In this document: positions 9,628-19,000 of the stretch, in pieces
How the letters are laid out: each line of letters starts with the position of its first letter
Numbering within the stretch: the first letter of the stretch is position 1
Assembly (NCBI GenBank): GCA_900128395.1
Contig: LT649343.1
Location: 1-35,360 of the forward strand
Reading direction: 5' to 3'
Source: Stramenopiles sp. TOSAG23-2
Lineage: Eukaryota
Length of the DNA: 35,360 bases
Position numbers and translations under genes: made by a program
The notes under the pieces: model-generated
The model's input: only the letters and a program-made list of their open reading frames with translations
Told to the model about the DNA's origin: nothing
Database searches by the model: none

Positions 9628-10041
9628 CTGGGTAGAAAATTAAAAAAATATTAATGCTTCGTACGAATTAATTAATGGTTAAAATCTACGACGGTTCTCG
9701 TAAGTTTTATAATAATTTTACTGTGGGCGTTTTAGTAATACTTCCTACGAAGTATATACAAATATTTTTATTCGGTATTACATATATATATATACGGTAT
9801 TACATATATATATATATAATCATCCGTCTCGGTGGTATAAAGATGGTTAAAATCTTTAAGTTATATATATAATAATTTTAATTCCCGTGGTAAATACGAA
9901 TACTACATATCATATGATATATGTCGGTGGTATATCAAATATAAAATATATATATGATTTTATTACTCGTATAATTATTCCTACGAACTCGTACGATCGT
10001 ACGTACGTACGATACACACGACTCCCCCGTAGTGTATTATT

Positions 10042-13000
10042 TTATTCTAACCCCAATGCATTGCTCCAACTATTATCTAACGATGCATTAATAGATGCAT
10101 TTACACCTGATGTATTACTCCCACCATGATTCAAAGCATCATCAGTTACCCTTCTTAATCTTTCCTCTCGATTTTTTAATTGTTTTAAATCTGTTGCTAA
10201 AGATAAAGATTCTTCATCTAAATAGTTTTGTTGTCGTTTCAATGTTTCTGACCAGCTTTTCAACTTTTCTTCACGTTCATGCAATTCAAGAGCATTTACA
10301 TTATCATTACTGTTTCTATTGTTCTTATTATTTTCTACATTATTTCTATCCTCAATATTATTATTAAATTGCAAATCTTCATTTTCCCGTTGCAATTCGA
10401 CCACTTTTGACGTTAATTTCCCAATTTTATCAATTAATTCCAAGCGTTTGTTACGATTTTCTCCTTCCGTCAATCGTGTATTTCCACCATTTCCACTACC
10501 ATTATTATCCATCCCACCTCCATTACCGTACAACATGCTTGCCTCCCATTGTTGCAATTCTATTTCTCTCAGCTGCATACTTTCTTCCCGATTCTTCACA
10601 GCCTCTAACGTTCGTTGTATGCTATCCAAAGCTTTCGTCCTGCTCCTTTCCTCTAAATGTTGTTCACGAAGCAAAACATCTCGTTCTTTCTTCTCTAATT
10701 CACTTCGTGCACCCTCAAGCGCTAAGCGTTGCTTTGCTAATGATGCACGTTGAAATATACGCTGTTCCTCCTCTTCTACGTAACTGCTGTTTCTCTCTCT
10801 TTCAAACAATCCCATTTTTTCTTCAAACATCTCGTTCTTTTTTATATATTCTTCCTCTTTCTTGTTATATTCAATTTCCATAAGTTCCTTCCTTTTTTCT
10901 AAATCTTTTTGATCTCGTTCCACTTGTTCGCGGAGCAATACAACCTGGTCCATTTCAATTTGATTAGCTTGCGTCAACACAGTATTGTTTTCAAGCTGTT
11001 CCAATTGTTTCTTCATCGCATTTGTTTTTGTTTCCATTTCTTCTTCAAATTTTTTCTCACGTTTTTCCAACTCTAACTTTTGCGCATCTAGTTGCTTCTT
11101 CGTATCGTTCACTTCATGTATTTCTTTCTCCAACAAATCAGCTGAAGCGTTTGTTCTTGCAAATGAACTTGATAATTCCTTCTTTGCTTTTTCTTGATTT
11201 TTCATAAACACTCGATCTCGTTCTTCCATTTCACCCAATTTAATATTTAGCTTTTTTTGCCATTCTTCCAATTGTTTTTCCTTACTTTTCAAGTCATTCT
11301 CTTTCATGTTTAACGTTCTTAAATTCTCTTTCATGTTTTCCTCTTGATTTTTTAATTTTAAACGAATGTCTTCCATTTCCCCAGTAAGAGTGTTTTTTTT
11401 TTCAACAAATTTTGTCTCAACATTTTGTTGTTTCTGCTCTAGATCATTCTCCTTTTGTATCAATGCTTCCCTTTGAGATTCCACTTCTTGTTGGATTTTC
11501 TCCATATCAGCATGTTTTTCCTCAACTTCAGCTTTTACTTTATCTTGCAATTCCTTTAATTCCTTATATTTAAACTCATATTCTTCCTCCAGTTTCTTCT
11601 TCATTTCTTTTACTTCCATTAATTGGTCTCGTTCCAATTCTTTAACACGTACATACTTATTTTCAGCATCTTCCATCATTTTTTTCGCAGTGTTTGCTTT
11701 TAATTTATTTGAATCCAAAATTCTCTTCTGCTCTGACAGTTTAGTTTCTACCTCTTGTAACTCTCTTGTTTTTTTCTTTAGAGCATCCGCTCGCTGATCG
11801 GCGCTTCTTTGTCTGTCTTTTAAACGCATTTTTAAAGATTCTAATTCTTTCTTATCAGCATTGAACGACTCTTCTTTCGACTGTAGTGCTTCAATTTTGT
11901 CATTCAATAATTCTTTTTCGGAATTTAATTGTTTTTGTTGATGTTTAATATTTTCAAACTGTCGTTCCATTTCGAGTTTGGCTTCATTTGATTTTTCTTC
12001 TGCAGATTTTGAAGCATTATTTAATAATTTTGTTAATCTCTCATTATTTAACTGTCTTGCTCTCAACTCTTCCTTTAAAGTACTTTGTATGGTATCGAGC
12101 TCTTGCTTTTCATTCTTTAGGATAACAATATCGTTTTTTAATTTGTTAATAGTAGAATCCATTTCTTCTCTATTTATTGAAGATATTTTTTCTTTCAATT
12201 CTTCTCGTTCCTTCACGAAATTAGATTTCAATTCAGCAATTTCTTGCTCACGTTCTTTAACTTTCAATTTTACTTCTTCCCTTAATTTATTATGGCCTTT
12301 TTCGAATTGCAGCTTCATGGTTTTGTATTTATTATTCAACATCTTCAATTCTTCTCTCAGTTTCCCTATTATCTCCTCTTTACTATCGATTTTGTGCTGA
12401 AGCGCGGCGGCTTTATTTGCAGCTAGTATACCAGCTGATTTTTGACCTTCTTCCGTACGCACAGAGAGAGCTATATTCCTTTCTCTCAATTTCTGCAAAT
12501 CCATTTTCTGTCGCTCGATTGTATTTTCTTGATCTTCTATCATGATTGTCAACGATTGAATCTTCTCGCTATCTTGCATCGATTTATCAACAATTTTATT
12601 CAATTTTGAGATTGTACGTTCCAACTCTTGCTCTACTGAGGTAGTTTTAGTCATTTCTGTTTGTAGCTTTGCTTTAATAGCTTCAATTTCTTCTTGCAAT
12701 GTCTCAATATTGTGCTTGCTTTCATCTTCTTGATGTGTCAACCGGTTGATGGTGCGTTCAAATTCTTTCTGTTTCTCTTCCAATTGCACCGTTAACTTTG
12801 CATTCTTGGTTGCCTTTTCTTCAAGTTTTCCTTGCAGTTCTTCACACTTGACATTTGATGTTTTCAAAAGTTCTTCTAACCTCGCAATCGCACTTTGTTT
12901 TTCATCTATTAGCGCGTTCAAAGTGCGCAAATCACTTTGAGCTTCAGCACCAACCGCAGCAACATCACGCTGTTTCTGAATTTTTAAATCGTTCATCTTG

Positions 13001-16000
13001 TTTGTCATTTGCCGCAATTCGCGCTCTAATTCCATGATTTTACCAGTTTTTTCACGCACATCGTTTTGTAGTTTTTTTAAAAGTTTCTTCTCGTTAGCTG
13101 ATTGTGCTTTCATTCTAAGTAAATTCTCATTTAGTTTCGAAACTTCTAACAGTTGTTCCTCAAATGTGCGTTGCTGTCTATCATATTCTTTTTCTTTGTG
13201 AGATAAATTTGATTGTAATTTAACAATTTCAGTAGCTTTGGTCTGTAATTTCGTATAAACTTCATCATACTCCGATCTAGTGGCCGCGACAGTATTTTCC
13301 AGCGACTTAATACGTTCATCTTTTTCAGTTAAAAGATTTTTTAACGTCATAGTAACATCGCGATCATCGTTTAATTTTTCACGCCACCTTTTCTCCGTAT
13401 TTGCAATAGCATTTTCTTTTTCCTTTATTCTGACAGATGAAATTTCAAGCTCCATGGTTTTCTGATCTAATTCAAGTTTCTTCTGCTGAAGTTCTTCCAT
13501 CATGGCCTGCTCATTAGCAGTTTTTGTCTGTTTCCAATTATTCATGTCACTCGCTTTCTGAGATTCGAATTCATTTTTTTCTTTTATAAATAAATCTTGT
13601 TGTAATTTAAATTCTGTCAATTCCTTTTGCAATGCATTGTTTTTCTCCTTCAAAGTGTCTTGATCTTCCCTGATTTTACTTTCAGTGATTTGTAACTCAT
13701 CTTCTTTATGCTTAATATTTCCTTCTTTATTTTGTAAAGCTAGGCTTTCTGATCGAATTTTCATCTCTGATTCATGGCGCTGCATATCCATTGACATCTT
13801 AAATTCTGCCATAGCCTTTTTTAAACTTTCCTCTCTTTCGAATAAATCCTTTCTCTGCAATTTCCGTTCTTCCTCCCACTCTTCTTGCTTTCTCTCAAAT
13901 TTAGATTCTATCTCTCTTTTATATAAAAGAAGTTCTTGTTCTTTGTCGATACTTTCTTGATTGAACTTGGAAACCTTTTGACTCAACTGGTCTTGAAGCT
14001 GCTTCAATTTCGTATCGTTCTCAGCCATTTTGCTTTCTATTTCGTCTCTTCTGCGCTTCAACGACGTTTCTTCATTTCGTATTTTTACCTCTTTCTCCGC
14101 AATTTGATGTTGCTGGCTTTCATGCAAAATACGTGATTTTTCCGCCTCTTCTTTTAACGCGTTTTTCTTTAATTCTATTTTTCGAATATCTTCTTCCAGA
14201 CGATGTATTCGATCTTCGTAATCTAATTCCAATTCACGTAACTTAGCCCGTCTCTGGATATTTTCTGCTTCCATTTCTTCAATATCCACTTTCCTACTGG
14301 CTAATTGGGCTTCAATTTGTTGTAATGTTCCAGCTTTTTCTGCTGTTCGCTGAGTAATTTGTTGTGCTGCATCATTCGTCATAGCCATATCATGTTGTAT
14401 TTTCCCAATCATTTTTTTCACATCTTTATCCATTGCCAATCGTTGCTCTTTTAGACGTTTTTCTTTTTTCTTTACAACATTCAACCTCTTGTCAATATCC
14501 GATTGAATAGATTTCTTGTAATCTTCAAAATTTTGTTTTATAACTTTTATTTCTTCTTCTTTTGTTTTAAATTGTTCCAGTTCTTCTTCTTTCTTTCTTA
14601 ATTTTAATTCTTTGCTTTCCATTTGCTCCAACTCTCTTTTTTGTTCAATTTTAAATCGTTCTTTTTCTAGAATGAAATTTTGTTGCTCATGCTCCATATT
14701 ACGCAACTCAATCAATTTCACGTCAATTTGATGTCTATTTTTCTCGTTCGATTCCCGTTCCTTCTCAATTTGTTTCCTCATTTCAACTTGCTCCTTTGCA
14801 ACAAGAATGTATCTTTCCTGTTCCTTCTTAAACTTATCTCTTGTTACGTTGAACGAATTTTCTTTTCGCTCATGCTCAAAACATTTACTTTCCAATTCAT
14901 CTTTCAAAGCCGACAATTCATCCATTTTTCTTCGATGTCGCGCTGTCTCTATTTTCATACTATTTTCTTCATTTTTCAAAGCAGCCAACCTTTCATTTAA
15001 TTGTTCTCGTTGTTGTTTTTGTTCAACTTGAAATTCTAGTCTAAGTCTCTTTAGCTCATCCTTTGAGTTGTTAATCACTTCTTGTATTGAGATCAAATTA
15101 TTTTCTTTTTCCTTTAATTTACCAAGACCGACTTCTATCCTCACGCGATGCTCTTCATTGAGCATTTTCTTCTGCTGCAACATGCTTGAAATGAAACGCT
15201 CATTTTCAGCCTTTAATTTTCCATGCCGTTCTATTTCTTTCGTTAATTGCTCTGTAACTTTAATTTTATCTTGTTGCATCTGATCAACATCTGCAGCCAT
15301 TTTTAATTGATGTTTTCGCATACTCTGCTCAAGCATATCTGCTTGAGTTTTGATATTTTCTTTTTGTGCCTCTAGAATATCACGCTCTCGTTTAAAAGCT
15401 TTCTCTGCTGTTGATCGGGCATTTTCTAGAATCTGTTGTTGGTTCAAAATACGTTCCTCTTGCGCTTCCCGTTCCATTTCCCAGGCTTGCCTTGCTTGTA
15501 AAAATGCTTGTTCCCAAGCTTTTACACTTTCAGCTCGACCATGAATTTTTGCAGCTGCTTCACTTTTTTCATCTGCTTCTTTCATTAGCTGTACAGCATG
15601 TTGATGGACTTGGTTTATCTCTTCTTCCTTTGTCTTCAATTTACGGTGTTCTTTCTGTAGATCCTGCATGAACTCTTTTGCATCCTCTTCCATTGCTCTT
15701 GCGTTATTTTCTTTTGCTGCAATTCTACTTTCTGATAGAGCCGTCATTTCACGCACATTTTCTCGTTCAATTAAAACCAGTGCTTTTTCTTTTTCCAATT
15801 TCACTTGCGTTTCTTCCAGTAATTGCATCGCTTGTCTTTTGTCAAGTTTCAACTTTTGCAAGTCTTCACGTAAGGTTTCAACCTCTTCTAATCGTTTTGT
15901 AGCTTTCAAGGTATCTTCATTGTGAGCCTTTAGTAACTTTTCTCGTTCTTCTTGAAGTTGCTTTTCTTTCCCCTCAATCATCGTATGTGTCTCTAATTGC

Positions 16001-19000
16001 GTGTTCCGCAACGTTGTGTCCAGGTCGTTTATTTCCATAGCTTTGTTTTCAACTACTTCTTCCTTTTTTATAACTTCTTGTTCTTTGTTCAATAATACCT
16101 TTTCTTTCAACATAAGTTTTGCTACCAAATCTTCATGTGTCATCTTCATCGCTTCTTTTTCCTGGTCAATTACACGTTGAGTAAGTTCTAGCTTTTTCTC
16201 TCTCATTTGCATCGTATCTTTCATTTCTTTTAATTCCAATCGCTGTTCAGCAAGCGCCTGCCATTCCTCCTCTAACAACTTAGTTTGATCATCATCATTT
16301 TTCTCAGCAAATATTTCCCTTTCAGAAACAGTTTGTTCCCTAGTCAACAAGTCATTCCGCAAGTTGTCGAGTGCCGCAGCGCGCGCTACTAATGCTTTTT
16401 CCCATTCATCCTTTTGTTGCCTTATATTCTCAGATGCACTTTCTAAGCTAGAACTTTGAAGGCCAAGATCATTTGCATGATTGTCAAGCGATTTCTCTCT
16501 ATTTTCCAATATTTTTAGACGTGAATGGTAATCCGCTTCATTTTTGGCCCATAGTTCCGCTTTTTCTTTGTATTCTTTTTCCACTTTTGCTTTGGCATTT
16601 TCAACAATTTTAGATGCACTTGCTTCCGCATCACGAAGTACTTTCCTCGCATCAGCATTAGCTTTTTCTTCAAGTTTTTGCGCATTGTTTTTTGCAGCAG
16701 TTTTAGCACTTTCTAGATTTTCCTTTGCTGTTTTTAATTGCTCATGCAATTCCAACTGTTTCTTCTTCAATTCTACTTTAGTAACTTTAGCATCTTCTTC
16801 CACTTTTGTTTCTAATTCCCGAATTTGAACCTGTGCTGTGCTAAATTCAAATTCAATACGACGTTGTGTTTCATTCTTCTCATCCGCTAATCGCTTTTTC
16901 GTCTCGGCTTCAAATATTTCAATTTCTTTCCATTTCTTCTTTACATGAGTATTTAATTCTTCCATTCTATTTGTTATATGATCTTCGCATTCTTTTTCCA
17001 TTTTCTTGCATTTACTTTCGCTTGCATCAATCATAGCTTCGGCTTCTTTTTTTGCCTTTGCTTCCATTTTTTCAACTTGAGCTTTCATATTTTCCTCTGC
17101 CATTTTCATTGCAACTTGAGCTTTTTTCAATTTTTCATGAACTTCCATTTGTTGTTTTTTCAAATTCTTCTTCGACTCGTGTGCATCCGACTCCAGCGTT
17201 GTCTCAACCTCTTTCACGCGTTGTTCAGATTTTTCTAATCGCATTTGAATCTCCTCTTCTATTTCCTTTTTACGCTCATAAATTTCTTTTTCAGCCTTTT
17301 CCTGTAAGCGTTTTATATTTTCCTGTTTCTCAGCAATTTCTTTCTTTGTTTCTGAAAGCATCTCCTGGCACTTTTCCTTCGTGTTTCTCTCACGATTTGA
17401 AGAATCTGCTTTTGCTTCTTGAATAATGTTATTTGCTTTATCTTCTGCTTTTGTTATTATACGATTTGCATCTTCACGAGCTTTCTCTTCACTCAGTTGT
17501 ATAGCTTGCTTGACTTGTGATAAACGTTTCTTGGCTTCCTCTCGATGTGATTTTAAAAGCTCTTGCTCTTTCATTGCTTCATCAACGATACTTTTTGCTC
17601 TTTGCTCTGCATGGGCTAATTTTGTTTGCATAATTTCATTTTGTCCTTGTATTTCAACATCTAGAAGTTCCATTTTTTTCTTACACTCAGTATCAATCAT
17701 AAATCTTTTTTCTTCAATCTCTTTATCCAATTCTATCAAAGCATTTTTCCTTATTTCTACCAAACGAATATTTTCATGCTCCTCCAATTCATTTTTTCGT
17801 CTCTCTATTTCAGCAGATTTCATTTCTATGTCCTTATTTGAGTTTTTAATATTTTCATCCATTTCCAATATTCGCTTTGCCACTTCTACATCTGCTGCTT
17901 TGAACATGTTTTCAACTTTTTCTTTTGCAGCTTTTTTCATATTTTCAACTTCAGTTTTAGCGCGCTTACTTGCTTTTTCCATTGAATCTTTTGCCCTTGT
18001 TAATTGCACATGGACAGATTCTTGCCTTCGTTTCAATTCTTCTTTCATTTTTTGTGTTTCTTTTGCTAGTTTTTCTCTCCTATCATTTGCTTCAAGTTCC
18101 GCGCGTTGTAAAACACCTTTTGCTTCACTTATCATAGCACTTTTTTCAGTTTCAAAAGCTTTCTTTTGATTCTCCAACGAACTTTGCGCGTCTCGTAAGC
18201 TTATTTTTAGTTGTTCCAACTGCTCTCTTTCTGATTCAAATCGACTCATTTTATCACCCGCAATTGTTTCAAACTCTACTATTCTACTTTTTAAATGATC
18301 TTCCCTCTCCTTAAATGCAGCAGTGCTTATCTTTTCTGTATGTTCAACTAATTTAATTCTACTTGAAATTTCTGCATCTAAATGTACTAGCTCTGCTTCT
18401 TGCTTTGCAACATTTTTATCTCGCTCATCAAGCATGCTACTTCTTTCATCTAGTTTTGTTTTCTCTTCTTCAATTCTACGCAATGCTTCTTTCTCACGTT
18501 CGAGTAAATTCAATCTTTCTGTATCCAACTCTTCTTTCCTGTTTTTGAAAAAACGCTCATTTTCACGTTCCGATCGATCTAGTAAATTTTTCGCATTATC
18601 ATATGCTTTCTCTCGCTCTTCAGATAGTTCTTTTCGCATTTCAGTTTCCTTTAATTTCAGTGCCTCTTCATTTGATTTACGTTCCTCCTCGATTTGTTTA
18701 TGAAGATCCTCACGTTCTTCTTCTAACCTTCTTTTTTCTCTATTGATAAATTCTTCTTTCTCTATTTCTAGTTTGGATTCCATTTGTTTTTCCTGATACT
18801 CTAGTTTTTTCATATTTAACGCTTTTTCTTCATCTAGTTTTTTCATATTTAACGCTTTTTCTTCATCTATCTTTTTCTTCTCTCTCTCTGTTTTATCTAG
18901 GAATTTTTTCTCTTTTGCCTCAAATTCGTTACTTAATCGAGTTCGCAACTCGCTTTCTTTTTGTTTGAAATTTGCAACAAGCTCTTCATTTCTTTTCTTC

